This document shows positions 19,243 through 28,894 of a DNA stretch of 50,714 bases, in pieces. Origin of the DNA: Deltaproteobacteria bacterium. GTDB lineage: Bacteria > Desulfobacterota > Dissulfuribacteria > Dissulfuribacterales > UBA3076. The position numbers and the translations under genes were made by a program. The first letter of the stretch is position 1. Each line of letters starts with the position of its first letter. The stretch covers positions 1 through 50,714 of the forward strand of contig DQXT01000033.1 in assembly GCA_011042225.1 (NCBI GenBank), written 5' to 3'. The notes under the pieces are model-generated. The model had not been told where the DNA came from and searched no databases. It worked only from the letters and a program-made list of their open reading frames with translations.

Positions 19243-20664
19243 TCACTCAATCAATAAATCATTCAATTCCCTGGCTGCCTCCTGAAAGGCCATGCCACGT
19301 TCTTCATAATTTTCGAACATGTCAAAGCTGGAACAGGCCGGGGAAAGAATTATTGCATCGCCGGGCTCAGCCAGGGACCTAGCTTTCTCCACGGCTTTTT
19401 TCATAACCTTTTTGCCTTCTTTTGTCCCATGTACTTTAACAACCGGCATTACCTTACCCAGAATTTTTTCAAACGCCTTGGCCTCTTCACCTATAACGAT
19501 CGCACCACGAACAACTGTCTTTTTAGCGATATCGGCCAGGGAACCATAATTTTCACCTTTGCCACGGCCGCCCAAAATAATTACTATTGGCTGTTCTATG
19601 GACTCTAGTGCACAAAGTACGGATGCAACATTAGTGGCCTTAGAATCGTCATAATAGTCGATACCCCCGTTTTGGACCACCCACTGAATTCTATGATTCG
19701 CTGCTTTGAAAATTCGAATAACAGACTTTACTGCAACAGCACCTGCACCTGCCAGACGTGAAATAAGTATGGCACAAGCCAAATTTTCAACATTATGTCG
19801 ACCCTTTAGAGACCAGCTTTCCAAATCATATCTTTCCCACGTATTATCAGACCACATTATGTCGATCTTTTTCAAAGAGGTGTCCAGCCCGGCCCCTGGA
19901 ACTCCAGGGCTCAGCATCCCAAAGTAAAGCCTTCTGGCACGTCCCCGGTCATTCCAAGTTTCTAGTTCCTTGTCATTCATGTTGCGTATGGACCAGTCAC
20001 CAGGCCCTTGAAAATCATAGATTACTGCCTTGCTGTCTCCGTAGCTTTTAATGTTCTGATAACGATCAAGATGATCCGGGGCAAGATTGAGCCATGCGGT
20101 TATATTGAACCTTGGGGGATTAAAGTTGAAATATCTGGTCCTCGGGAAATAATCCAATTGAAAACTGCTAATCTCAAGGACAGCAATAGTTTGCTCAGTA
20201 TGTCCTTCAATAAATGCCGACAAGGGTGTTCCGATGTTCCCAGCCCTTACATGAGGCACACCGGCCTTATTCAGCATCTCATCTACAAGCATCGTGGTAG
20301 TAGTTTTTCCATTTGTGCCGGTGATAGCAATAAGCGGTCCTTTCCAGACAGATGCAGCAAGGGCCATTTCTCCCAACACAGGGATGTTGTGCTTGTGTGC
20401 CGCCTCAAGGGCAGAAATTTCAGGTGAGACACCAGGGCTGACCACTATCAGGTCAGAGGAGAGGCAAGTGTCTATCTTGTGCTTTTTTGTCTCTATGCCG
20501 ACACCATTTTGGTGACACCATCTTGTGAAATCATTAGGCCATTCCTTAAGGGCATTTAAGTCACTGCATATGACTTGTGCCCCTTGAGAGACGATCCATC
20601 TGGCGGCTGCCTGCCCGGATACTCCCATGCCCAGTATTGTTACTTTTTTGCCCTTAAGCTCCAC
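19243..20664 (-). CDS. murD: UDP-N-acetylmuramoyl-L-alanine--D-glutamate ligase
   Basis: GMGVSG, ITGTNGKTTT, EISSFQL, DHLDRY, DSKATN and SPACSSFDMF. Confidence 0.97.
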   Translation of the reverse strand: MELKGKKVTILGMGVSGQAAARWIVSQGAQVICSDLNALKEWPNDFTRWCHQNGVGIETKKHKIDTCLSSDLIVVSPGVSPEISALEAAHKHNIPVLGEMALAASVWKGPLIAITGTNGKTTTTMLVDEMLNKAGVPHVRAGNIGTPLSAFIEGHTEQTIAVLEISSFQLDYFPRTRYFNFNPPRFNITAWLNLAPDHLDRYQNIKSYGDSKAVIYDFQGPGDWSIRNMNDKELETWNDRGRARRLYFGMLSPGVPGAGLDTSLKKIDIMWSDNTWERYDLESWSLKGRHNVENLACAILISRLAGAGAVAVKSVIRIFKAANHRIQWVVQNGGIDYYDDSKATNVASVLCALESIEQPIVIILGGRGKGENYGSLADIAKKTVVRGAIVIGEEAKAFEKILGKVMPVVKVHGTKEGKKVMKKAVEKARSLAEPGDAIILSPACSSFDMFENYEERGMAFQEAARELNDLLIE

Positions 20665-20760
20665 TCAATTACTCAAAAAAAATTTCTAATTCGATCAAAA
20701 CACTAAAAAGTGCAAACAGGAAAATGAAATATACATATCAAAAATTACTAAATTTCCTAC

Positions 20761-21840
20761 CTATCTCAATTTGAGCGTGCTGATTGCCAACAGCCCAAGC
20801 AATATGGAAATTATCCAAAACCTTACAATGACCTTTGGTTCTTTCCATCCTTTAAGCTCAAAATGATGATGGATAGGTGCCATACGGAAGATCCTCTTGC
20901 CTCCTGTTGTTTTGAAGTAAAGGACCTGAAGAATTACGGATAATGCCTCAATAACAAAAATCCCGCCTACAATTACAAGCAGCATTTCCTGCTTTGAAAG
21001 TACGGCCACCGTCCCAAGAGCCCCTCCCAAGGAAAGGGAGCCGACATCTCCCATGAAGATCTGGGCCGGATAGGTATTATACCAGAGGAAACCCAGACCG
21101 GCGCCTACCATGGCGCCACAAAACACTGCAAGCTCTCCTGCACCAGGAACCGAAGGAATCCGAAGGTATTGTGCAAGAGTCGAATGACCCGCCAGGTAGG
21201 TAAACAGGGTGTAAACCGCTGCAGCTATTATAAAAGGGCCTGCGGCAAGTCCGTCCAGACCATCGGTCAGGTTAACCGCATTAGAGGTCCCCACAACCAC
21301 AAGCAGAGCGAAAAGACCATACATAATTCCTAGATCAGGCTGAAAATTCTTAAAAAAAGGAATACTAAGATGGGTATCCCACTTACCATGTGCGGCAATT
21401 AACCCTGCGGCTAAAAATACAAAAACTATTTGCCCGACAAGCTTCAATCTGCCCGACAGACCTTTGGCATTCTTTTTCCAGATCTTTAACAGGTCGTCTA
21501 CGAGACCTATTATACCGTAACCGACAAGGATTAAAATGCTTATCCAAACATAAAGGTTTCTTAAGTCAGCCCAGAGAAGTGTAGCGATTAGAATGGACCC
21601 TATGATTAATATGCCCCCTATACTCGGTGTTCCGGCTTTTGTATGATGTATTGTCGGCCCATCGTCCCGGATGATCTGGCCCATCTGCATTTCACACATA
21701 ATTCTTATAAACCAAGGTCCAAAAATCAATATTATTGAAAGGGCAGTCACTGCAGCGTATATTGTTCTAAATGTAATATAGCGAAAAACGTTAAATACAG
21801 GCCACATATCGTTAAGGGGATATAGCAGATGAAAAAGCAT
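20761..21840 (-). CDS. mraY: phospho-N-acetylmuramoyl-pentapeptide transferase
   Basis: [28 protein letters not shown] and MAPIHHHFE. Confidence 0.98.
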   Translation of the reverse strand: MLFHLLYPLNDMWPVFNVFRYITFRTIYAAVTALSIILIFGPWFIRIMCEMQMGQIIRDDGPTIHHTKAGTPSIGGILIIGSILIATLLWADLRNLYVWISILILVGYGIIGLVDDLLKIWKKNAKGLSGRLKLVGQIVFVFLAAGLIAAHGKWDTHLSIPFFKNFQPDLGIMYGLFALLVVVGTSNAVNLTDGLDGLAAGPFIIAAAVYTLFTYLAGHSTLAQYLRIPSVPGAGELAVFCGAMVGAGLGFLWYNTYPAQIFMGDVGSLSLGGALGTVAVLSKQEMLLVIVGGIFVIEALSVILQVLYFKTTGGKRIFRMAPIHHHFELKGWKEPKVIVRFWIISILLGLLAISTLKLR

Positions 21841-21843
21841 AGC

Positions 21844-24800
21844 CTATACTGTCAACCCCCCTCTTTTACCCTCTCCCAGTTGCCTGATAAGGGCATTTAC
21901 CGCTCTCTCGAGACCTATGGCCCTTGATCCCTTTACAAGTATAGTTGCCGGAAAGGGCATACAATCAAGAGCAGCTAATTCTATCCAGGAAAGCAGATCT
22001 TCAATGTCAGGGAAAACACGTATAGCCTTTTTTGAAATACCCGCCTTTCTGGCTGTTTCAGAAACAGCATCAGCAAATTCGCCTATTAAGACCAAGAGAT
22101 CAACCCCCGTATTGGCTGAAATTCTTCCGAGTTCCTGATGAAACTCGTAGGCAGCATCTCCAAGTTCCAGCATATCTCCCAGAATCGCTATCTTTTTCCC
22201 GCCTCCGCTCCAAAAATCCAGAGTCTCAAGAGCCGATCGCATAGAGCAGGGGTTTGCATTATAAGAATCATCGATCAGCATCCATTTAGGTCCAAGATTT
22301 CTCAAAAAAAGGCGCCCCGGGAGCGGCCTTGCTTCCTCCAGCCCCTGTTTGATCAAAGCCGGCGTCACCCCTACTGCATGACCTGCAGCTGCAGATGCAA
22401 CGGCATTTTGTACATTCGCCTTCCCTATAAGGTGAAGATCAACATAAAGTCTGTTTCCGGCAATATCCAGATCCAGCAAAGTGCCATGTTCGCTTAATGT
22501 CCATGACAGGCAGGTAATTTTATCATTTGAAGATTTTAAAATTTGGTGATCTGGAAACGAATCCGCCTTTTGTCCCATTGAATAGCCCACGACCTGACAT
22601 TTTAGGTCTTTGGCCCCCTCCATCACCATAGGATCATCAAGGTTAACCACTGCTACACCCGTCTGGGAAATGGCTCGCCACAGCTCCCACTTTTCTTGGG
22701 CTACTGCCTTTAAGTCCCCCAGACCGACAAGATGGGCAGGTTGAATTGTAGTAATAAGGGCTACTTGCGGCTGGGCAATTTCACAGAGTCGTGATATTTC
22801 TCCCGGTTGGTTGGTTCCCATTTCCAGCACTGCCCAAGAATCGTTGGATCCGGCGGAAAGCAGGCTAAGCGGCAGGCCGATAAGGTTATTAAAATTGCCA
22901 CTGGTTTTAGCGACTTTCCATTTTTTTTTCAGGATCGAGAAAATCAGTTCTTTTGTGGTTGTCTTGCCGCAACTACCCGTAATGCCGATTACTTTGATTC
23001 CAAGATGGTTTTTATACCATGCTGCGAAATCTCCTAAGGCCTTTAATACATCCTGGACTTGCAATAAAACGGGACGACAAGATCGAGGGTCTAAATTCAA
23101 GTTTCGGAAGTCAAAGCTAGAACTAATTACTGCACTAGTACATCCTTGTCCTACAGCATCAAGGATAAAATCGTGCCCATTGAAACGGTCCCCGGAAAGT
23201 GCCCAAAAAATATTTGCCTTTCTTACTGATCTGGAATCTGTCGATATGCCCTGGATTAATGTATTAGGGTCACCTGAAAGAACTCTGGCTCCAATAGCCG
23301 TTGCCACCTGAGAAGCCTTTAATCGAAATCCATAATCCTCAAAATTCTCAAGCGTTGACCTTCCAGCTTCTATCTTTGATTCAAAGGCCTTTGTCAATAT
23401 TTCTCTGTCGTCAAAGACAAGTCGTTCCCTGCCGATTATTTGGTAGGTTTCGTGGCCCTTCCCAGCCACGAGAAGACAAACACCGGGCTGCGCCCTTTCT
23501 ACTGCCCATGAAATAGCTGCTTCTCTATCTGGAATTATTTTCACTTCAGCTTTGGTTGCAGGGTGACAGGGAGGGAGATCTCGGAGACCGTTCAACATCT
23601 GATCGATTATTGCAAGGGGATCTTCAGTACGAGGATTATCCGAAGTCAACACAACAATATCTGCCAGTGAAGCAGCTGCCCGGGCCATTAGAGGACGCTT
23701 GCCTCTGTCTCTGTCTCCTCCGCAGCCGATAACACAGATCAGAAGCTTATTAGGCCCTAACCCGATAAGGCTGCTAAGAACACTTTCCAGAGCGTCAGGG
23801 GTGTGTGCGTAATCTACAAAAGCGGTGACTCCATTGTGAGAATATACAGGATCCAGTCTTCCCGGAATACGTATTATTGATTTTATGCCGGCCTGAATAT
23901 GGTCCGGCTCTATCCCGAGACTGATTGAAACCGCTACTGTTGCAAGGATATTGTATAGGTTGTGCAAACCCATAAGCTTGGATTTGATGGAAATAGGGCC
24001 TTTGGGCGTAGATATATCACATATTATTCCTTCACTATCAATAAATTGAAACTCCGGTTTTACCTCTGCTTCAGGGCTGAGGCCATAACTGATCTTTTTC
24101 TCTTTTACTATCTCCCACAGACGCCTTCCATATAAGTCATCAATGTTAATAATTGCCGCATCAGAGGGATATTTCAAAAATAATTTTACTTTCGCCTGAA
24201 AGTATTGTTCCATGTCTTGGTGATAATCCAGGTGATCGCGACCTAGGTTGGTAAAAATAGATGCTGCGAAACTACATCCTGAGATCCTCTGCTGGTCAAG
24301 GGCATGGGAAGACACCTCTAAGGCCACTGCCTTTGCGCCTCTTTTCAACATGTTGGCCAGGGTCTCCTGAAGTTTTACGGCATCAGGGGTAGTAAGTTCA
24401 GAAGGCACCTCTATGCCGCAATGTCTTTGGCTTATCGAGCCTATTACACCGGGATTCAGCCCGGCTTTGCTGAAAATGCCTTCCAGGAGGTATGAAATCG
24501 TAGTCTTACCATTAGTGCCTGTAATAGCTATAAGAGACATTTTTTCACTTGGATTTCCATAAAAAGCACTTGCCAAAAGACCTATGGAAAGCCTGGGATC
24601 GTCCACTCCTATAACAGGCAAGGCCATGGGAACGTTTTTGACGTAATGATGCAGATCTTGCCTAGACATCAACACGGCGGAGGCACCTTTCACCACGGCA
24701 TCATTGATAAATTGTCTTCCGTCAAATTCAGTGCCTGGAATTGCAACAAACATGTATTCCCGTTTTACCTGTCTGGAGTCTGCTGTTATACCCCTGATTT

Positions 24801-24897
24801 TTACGTCGTACTTCTCAAATGATATAAAAACAGCGGGCTTCAACACTTCCAACATATCCCGCAAGGTCCTTTCGTTTTGCGTATTACCAAACATCAC
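21844..24897 (-). CDS. murE-murF: fused MurE (meso-DAP ligase) - MurF (D-Ala-D-Ala adding enzyme)
   Basis: MurE half: ITGTNGKTT, EVSSHAL, DHLDYH, DYAHTPD, DNPR, AGKGHE, FDDRE. After a short linker, MurF half: ISTDSR, ITGSCGKTTTK, NNLIGLP, EMG, DDSYNANP, GDMLELG, KGSR. One continuous ORF. Confidence 0.95.
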   Translation of the reverse strand: MMFGNTQNERTLRDMLEVLKPAVFISFEKYDVKIRGITADSRQVKREYMFVAIPGTEFDGRQFINDAVVKGASAVLMSRQDLHHYVKNVPMALPVIGVDDPRLSIGLLASAFYGNPSEKMSLIAITGTNGKTTISYLLEGIFSKAGLNPGVIGSISQRHCGIEVPSELTTPDAVKLQETLANMLKRGAKAVALEVSSHALDQQRISGCSFAASIFTNLGRDHLDYHQDMEQYFQAKVKLFLKYPSDAAIINIDDLYGRRLWEIVKEKKISYGLSPEAEVKPEFQFIDSEGIICDISTPKGPISIKSKLMGLHNLYNILATVAVSISLGIEPDHIQAGIKSIIRIPGRLDPVYSHNGVTAFVDYAHTPDALESVLSSLIGLGPNKLLICVIGCGGDRDRGKRPLMARAAASLADIVVLTSDNPRTEDPLAIIDQMLNGLRDLPPCHPATKAEVKIIPDREAAISWAVERAQPGVCLLVAGKGHETYQIIGRERLVFDDREILTKAFESKIEAGRSTLENFEDYGFRLKASQVATAIGARVLSGDPNTLIQGISTDSRSVRKANIFWALSGDRFNGHDFILDAVGQGCTSAVISSSFDFRNLNLDPRSCRPVLLQVQDVLKALGDFAAWYKNHLGIKVIGITGSCGKTTTKELIFSILKKKWKVAKTSGNFNNLIGLPLSLLSAGSNDSWAVLEMGTNQPGEISRLCEIAQPQVALITTIQPAHLVGLGDLKAVAQEKWELWRAISQTGVAVVNLDDPMVMEGAKDLKCQVVGYSMGQKADSFPDHQILKSSNDKITCLSWTLSEHGTLLDLDIAGNRLYVDLHLIGKANVQNAVASAAAGHAVGVTPALIKQGLEEARPLPGRLFLRNLGPKWMLIDDSYNANPCSMRSALETLDFWSGGGKKIAILGDMLELGDAAYEFHQELGRISANTGVDLLVLIGEFADAVSETARKAGISKKAIRVFPDIEDLLSWIELAALDCMPFPATILVKGSRAIGLERAVNALIRQLGEGKRGGLTV

Positions 24898-26651
24898 TCG
24901 CAGGTTATACTGCAGGTCTTCACACCATTAAGAGGTATTCCTGATTCTGGTTTCTGCGCGATCACGGTCCCTACACCTTTGAGCTCTGTATAAATGCCCA
25001 TGGATTGCAAAATGTCCAGGGCCTGTCTTACGGATTTTCCCTTAAGATTCGGCATAGTGGAAAACTGTCTTTCTGCCTCTTCGGTTTTCACCGTTCGCCA
25101 TTCGTCTTTCAAGGGTATCTGCACCGCCTGTTTTGCTACTACCAGTGAACGCCCTAAAGTGCCCCGACGCTCACGAGGGTCGATTTTTACGCCGTCGAGC
25201 AAAACAATATAACTTACTTTGGGTGATCTTTCGGGCCAGAATCCTAGGGCAGTAACCTGTGCTGGAAATTGATTAGAAATTTGGTCAGACTGTTCATTCC
25301 ACCTGATACTCGCAAGAGACGGCCCTCCTCTGACCGCGAGCTTTCTCAGCGATTTGTGTATCAGTTCTTCTGTCAACCAGGAAATTGGGGCATGCTTTTG
25401 GTCATTCGCGGAAGAGCCCGGTATCAAAAATTCATCAGTGCTTTGTAGGGCCACGTGCGGTGTAACTAATATATTTTTATTTATCAGGGCAGAGAAGGCC
25501 CTGAGAATCTGGATAGGACTGGCGGTAACGGCCTGCCGCAAGAGGCTATTACGTAACCCTGCCGGGGCTGATGGGAGGCTGCCCCGGCCTTCACCCGGAA
25601 GGTCGATACCTGTAAATTGACCAAATCCCAGACCCCAGAGATCTCTTGAAATGTCATTATAAGGGACAATATCCTTTAACTCCTTTTCAGTCCAGGGACT
25701 CCATAATACCATACCCTTATCCAAAACCTCCCATTGGCACTGGTGGGCGGTTTTCCCCAAAGGCAAAATCTCTGACTTTTGAAGTTCACTTTGTTCAAAC
25801 ATCCAGTTTAAAAGGGGCACAAGTATCATCAGGTCAACATTATCTTGGAGAGAATAGTTTATGATATTCCTCTCAGATATTTCCCAAAAACGTTCAGGAT
25901 CCCAGGAAGGCTTGCTGGCAAGGGCAAGAATCTCACCATTTTCAACACCCATTATAACAAAACAGCCTTTCTCTGCCTTAAGTCTTTTGATCTGCCTGTC
26001 AAGCTCTTTTTCTGCTGATGACTGAATATCTTTACTAAGTGCAAGCGTAAGATCCTGTCTACCTGGGTAAATTTGTGACCCTTTAGTTTGCCTTAAAAGG
26101 CTATCATATGTGTATTCAATTCCCTCAAGACCTCTGCCGCCTTGGTCGACAAATCCCAAAACCGGAGAAGCCAGTGAATTACAAGGATATACCCTTTTAT
26201 ATTGTTCCAGTATTTCTAAGCCTCTAACCTGCATGTCTTTGAGCTTCCGGCCTTGTTCTTCGGAAATACAGTCTTTTAGACATATAAGGTCCTGCTCATC
26301 TGCAAGCATATCTTTCAAAGTTGGCAAATCAAGGTCAAGAATTTCTGACACCTCTGCCAGCCAATCATCAACTTGCCGCAAACGGGAAGGCCGCGCCAAG
26401 ATAGAGATTTTTTTTTGGTTTGCAACAAATATTGCTCCTGTCCTGTCAAGGATCATGCCTCTATCTAAGGGACTTTGCTGGGAATAGTAGCCGGTGTTTT
26501 GTTGTTGACAAAGCATGGACGAATCAATGTCATCTTCGCTATTGACAGCGTTGCCTTGCCAAAGACAACCAACAAACGCTGCGGCAATAACAGCAAGACT
26601 CAATAAGCTGAAAAGAAAAGAAATTTTCTTTTTTTTATAAGGAAAAATCAT
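24894..26651 (-). CDS. ftsI: FtsI/PBP3-like class B PBP with C-terminal PASTA domain; transpeptidase motifs absent
   Basis: ftsI position between ftsL and murE. N-terminal TM, pedestal motifs RGMILDRTG, RVYP and GLEGIE, then GEILALAS, GFGQFTGIDLPGE, SPIQ, GFWP and PASTA MPNLKGKSVRQA. No SxxK, SxN or KTG at the expected positions. Confidence 0.85.
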   Translation of the reverse strand: MIFPYKKKKISFLFSLLSLAVIAAAFVGCLWQGNAVNSEDDIDSSMLCQQQNTGYYSQQSPLDRGMILDRTGAIFVANQKKISILARPSRLRQVDDWLAEVSEILDLDLPTLKDMLADEQDLICLKDCISEEQGRKLKDMQVRGLEILEQYKRVYPCNSLASPVLGFVDQGGRGLEGIEYTYDSLLRQTKGSQIYPGRQDLTLALSKDIQSSAEKELDRQIKRLKAEKGCFVIMGVENGEILALASKPSWDPERFWEISERNIINYSLQDNVDLMILVPLLNWMFEQSELQKSEILPLGKTAHQCQWEVLDKGMVLWSPWTEKELKDIVPYNDISRDLWGLGFGQFTGIDLPGEGRGSLPSAPAGLRNSLLRQAVTASPIQILRAFSALINKNILVTPHVALQSTDEFLIPGSSANDQKHAPISWLTEELIHKSLRKLAVRGGPSLASIRWNEQSDQISNQFPAQVTALGFWPERSPKVSYIVLLDGVKIDPRERRGTLGRSLVVAKQAVQIPLKDEWRTVKTEEAERQFSTMPNLKGKSVRQALDILQSMGIYTELKGVGTVIAQKPESGIPLNGVKTCSITCE

Positions 26652-26662
26652 TCTGATCTCGA

Positions 26663-27025
26663 TCAGTTGAGATATATTATTTGCCGTTTAGTAGGTGGAT
26701 GAAGTCCCATTTCACCCCCCAATTTTTCCATATGGCTGCGTGCCTTGATCCGATCCAGCCGAGTGGTGAAATCCTTATATCGATTACTGAGTCGGCCTTG
26801 TTCCCTTTGAAGCAACTCTAAGTCCTTTGCTGTTTCTCTGACTTCGTGAGTAATCAAAATTCCTAGAATTAATAAAGCGCCTAAAACAATCAGCGCAATG
26901 GCCTTATTAAGGCTCATTTTGAGTATTTTTGATAACAAAAGGTGGTCACAGGCCCTGTTTTTCTGTGCCGTCGAAACATATGAGCGTCTCTGGGGTGTTC
27001 TAATTGTTGCTGATCGGAGACTCAT
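26663..27025 (-). CDS. ftsL: cell division protein FtsL
   Basis: Small basic N-tail, one TM segment, coiled coil and LGGEMGLHPP end. Located between rsmH and ftsI. ATG27025 follows a GGGAG SD. Confidence 0.8.
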   Translation of the reverse strand: MSLRSATIRTPQRRSYVSTAQKNRACDHLLLSKILKMSLNKAIALIVLGALLILGILITHEVRETAKDLELLQREQGRLSNRYKDFTTRLDRIKARSHMEKLGGEMGLHPPTKRQIIYLN

Positions 27026-27077
27026 TTTCTCCCCTCCCAAAACAGGTTTTTGTCAAAAGGCTCAAGGGCACTTTTAT

Positions 27078-27228
27078 GTTTCTGTCGGGAAAATAGCAAT
27101 CTGAGGTATTGCTTCAGATTTTCACCTGCTGCAAGACAAGCCGAACATTTCTTATTTCCGAGAAATTTTGAGACTTGTATCTTAGACTTTTTGAGTGAAG
27201 TCATTTTTAGGGCCTTTTAAAATGTAAT
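27078..27228. repeat. degenerate ~150-bp dispersed intergenic element, copy 2 (between rsmH and ftsL)
   Basis: Colinear with 9068-9218, e.g. TGAGGTATTGCTT vs TGCGGTATTGCTT and TTTTTGAG...AGGGCCTTTTAAAATGTAA vs TTTTTGAG...AGGACTCTTTACAGTGTAA. Confidence 0.55.
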
Positions 27229-27230
27229 CA

Positions 27231-28193
27231 TTATAGTAATTGGGTCAGAGCAGTATTCTGCCCTCTATATTGAGCAACTCTTAGCTTGGCACTTCTAGCC
27301 CGGGGATTACTATTTATTTCTTCAAGGCTTGGCACCAAAGGTTTTTTAGTTAAGGGCTTCAATCTCTTGTCTTCTCTGAAAGCGATTTTGACCAGACGGT
27401 CCTCCATAGAATGAAAGGAGATAACACACATTCGTCCTCCGGGTCTCAGACAAGATGGGAATGAGTCAAGGGCCTCTTTAAGATTGTCCAGTTCTCGGTT
27501 CAATGCGATTCGAAGTGCCTGGAAGGTGCGTGTAGCGGGATGAATTCGGCGTGGATGATATTTTCTCGGAATGGAATCGGCAATCACTTCCGCCAGGTCT
27601 CTCGAACTCAGAATAACTTCTGCCTTGCGCCTTTCATATATGCGTTTGGCGATCCTTTTTGCCCATCTTTCTTCCCCATATGTATGGATAAGCTCGGTCA
27701 ATCTTTCAACCGAAAGCTTATTGACTATGTCGGCAGCAGTCACTGCACCAGATTGATCCATGCGCATGTCAAGAGGTTCGTCCCTGGAAAAGCTGAAGCC
27801 TCTCCCGCTGTTTTCCAAATGGAAGCTGGAAATGCCGAGATCCATAAGTATGCCATCAACTTGCTCTATTCTGTTGGATAAAAGAACATCACGAAGATGA
27901 ATGAAGTTGCTGTAAACTAATCGAACCCTGCTGCCAAATGCGGCCAATCTGGATCCGGCCTTTTTCATGGCTTCTGTATCATAATCAAGGGCCAGCACCA
28001 TTTTGACTTCGGGGCACCTTGACAGTATGGCCTCTGTATGGCCTCCCAGACCAAGTGTTGCATCCACATAGATACCCCCTGACCTCAATGACAGGCCATC
28101 CAGAACTTCGGAGAGCATTACAGGGACATGCATGGCCTCTTTTCTAACCGCTAATTCCGAATTTGGCGGTGATATCGCTGCTGTACTGATCAA
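27231..28193 (-). CDS. rsmH: 16S rRNA m4C1402 methyltransferase RsmH (MraW); real start likely near MHVPV
   Basis: HVPVML, DATLGLGGH, DLGISS, PLDMRMD, HPATRTFQALRI, FHSMEDR and NPRARSAKLR. Confidence 0.97.
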   Translation of the reverse strand: MISTAAISPPNSELAVRKEAMHVPVMLSEVLDGLSLRSGGIYVDATLGLGGHTEAILSRCPEVKMVLALDYDTEAMKKAGSRLAAFGSRVRLVYSNFIHLRDVLLSNRIEQVDGILMDLGISSFHLENSGRGFSFSRDEPLDMRMDQSGAVTAADIVNKLSVERLTELIHTYGEERWAKRIAKRIYERRKAEVILSSRDLAEVIADSIPRKYHPRRIHPATRTFQALRIALNRELDNLKEALDSFPSCLRPGGRMCVISFHSMEDRLVKIAFREDKRLKPLTKKPLVPSLEEINSNPRARSAKLRVAQYRGQNTALTQLL

Positions 28194-28593
28194 AGTTACT
28201 CCTAGTCTTCTGCAATTCTTTGTTCAAGCTGTCCCGGTTTGATATTTCAAAATAGGTAAGCATACCCGAAAGAACCACATCCCTGGTCAATACCGCCTCT
28301 TCACGAAGCCTCTGGGGTATCAATATTCTCCCCTGAGCATCCAGTGAACATTCCGCTGCAGCTCCCAACAGGTATCTTTTAAAGGCTATGACTTCAGGAG
28401 GCCCGAATTGAAACCGGCTGAAATGTTCTTCTATTTTTCTCCATTCCTCAAAAGGATAAGCTGCAAGGCAAGAGGGCAAGTTGGTAACTACCAGCCGGTC
28501 ATCATATTTTGCCTGCAAGAACTCTCTAAAACGCGCCGGAATGCTAAGACGGCCCTTGGCATCCAAAACATGGGCTGACCGTCCTCTAAACAT
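28144..28593 (-). CDS. mraZ: transcriptional regulator MraZ
   Basis: Two DxxGR repeats (LDAKGRLSIP and LDAQGRILIP). First gene of the dcw cluster. Confidence 0.97.
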   Translation of the reverse strand: MFRGRSAHVLDAKGRLSIPARFREFLQAKYDDRLVVTNLPSCLAAYPFEEWRKIEEHFSRFQFGPPEVIAFKRYLLGAAAECSLDAQGRILIPQRLREEAVLTRDVVLSGMLTYFEISNRDSLNKELQKTRSNFDQYSSDITAKFGISG

Positions 28594-28600
28594 TAGATTC

Positions 28601-28664
28601 TACCCCTTTTCCCCACTTTATCCCACTATATACTTATATATTTTAATAAAGGGCTGACTGTCAA
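28601..28664 (-). promoter_or_regulatory. dcw promoter region with MraZ-binding boxes
   Basis: Minus strand GTGGGAtaaaGTGGGGaaaaGGGGTA (28601-28626) gives 10-bp-phased TGGGN-type boxes just upstream of mraZ. TTGACA at 28659-28664 with TATATA 18 bp downstream. Confidence 0.75.
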
Positions 28665-28894
28665 GAGACTTAAGAGAGAATTTAACTAAAAAATATCAAT
28701 ATATTATGTAATACGAACTGTGCTTTTCTTTATTTTTCTATAATTTGCTCTTAAAAATGAGAATTCCTGCAAATGGGACAAAACTATATAAATTACGCTA
28801 AATATTTATATCGAATAAAACCATCATCTACTTGAAACTTTTGAAAAAGTTTTTTGATAATTTTTTGACGATTAAAAGAAAAAAGATGGGTGGT

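Noticed and set aside
19120-19245. Remnant of the ftsW 3' end in the murD-murG gap or the MurG N-terminal extension
   Set aside because: Only a faint resemblance (VMNLAKS) with no hydrophobic SEDS segment, so it cannot be supported.
25300-26020. SAEK, SLRK, SAN and GKTA strings as rescued catalytic motifs in the FtsI-like protein
   Set aside because: They occur at the wrong positions and in the wrong order relative to the conserved scaffold anchors (GEILALAS, GFGxxTGIDLPGE, GFWP).
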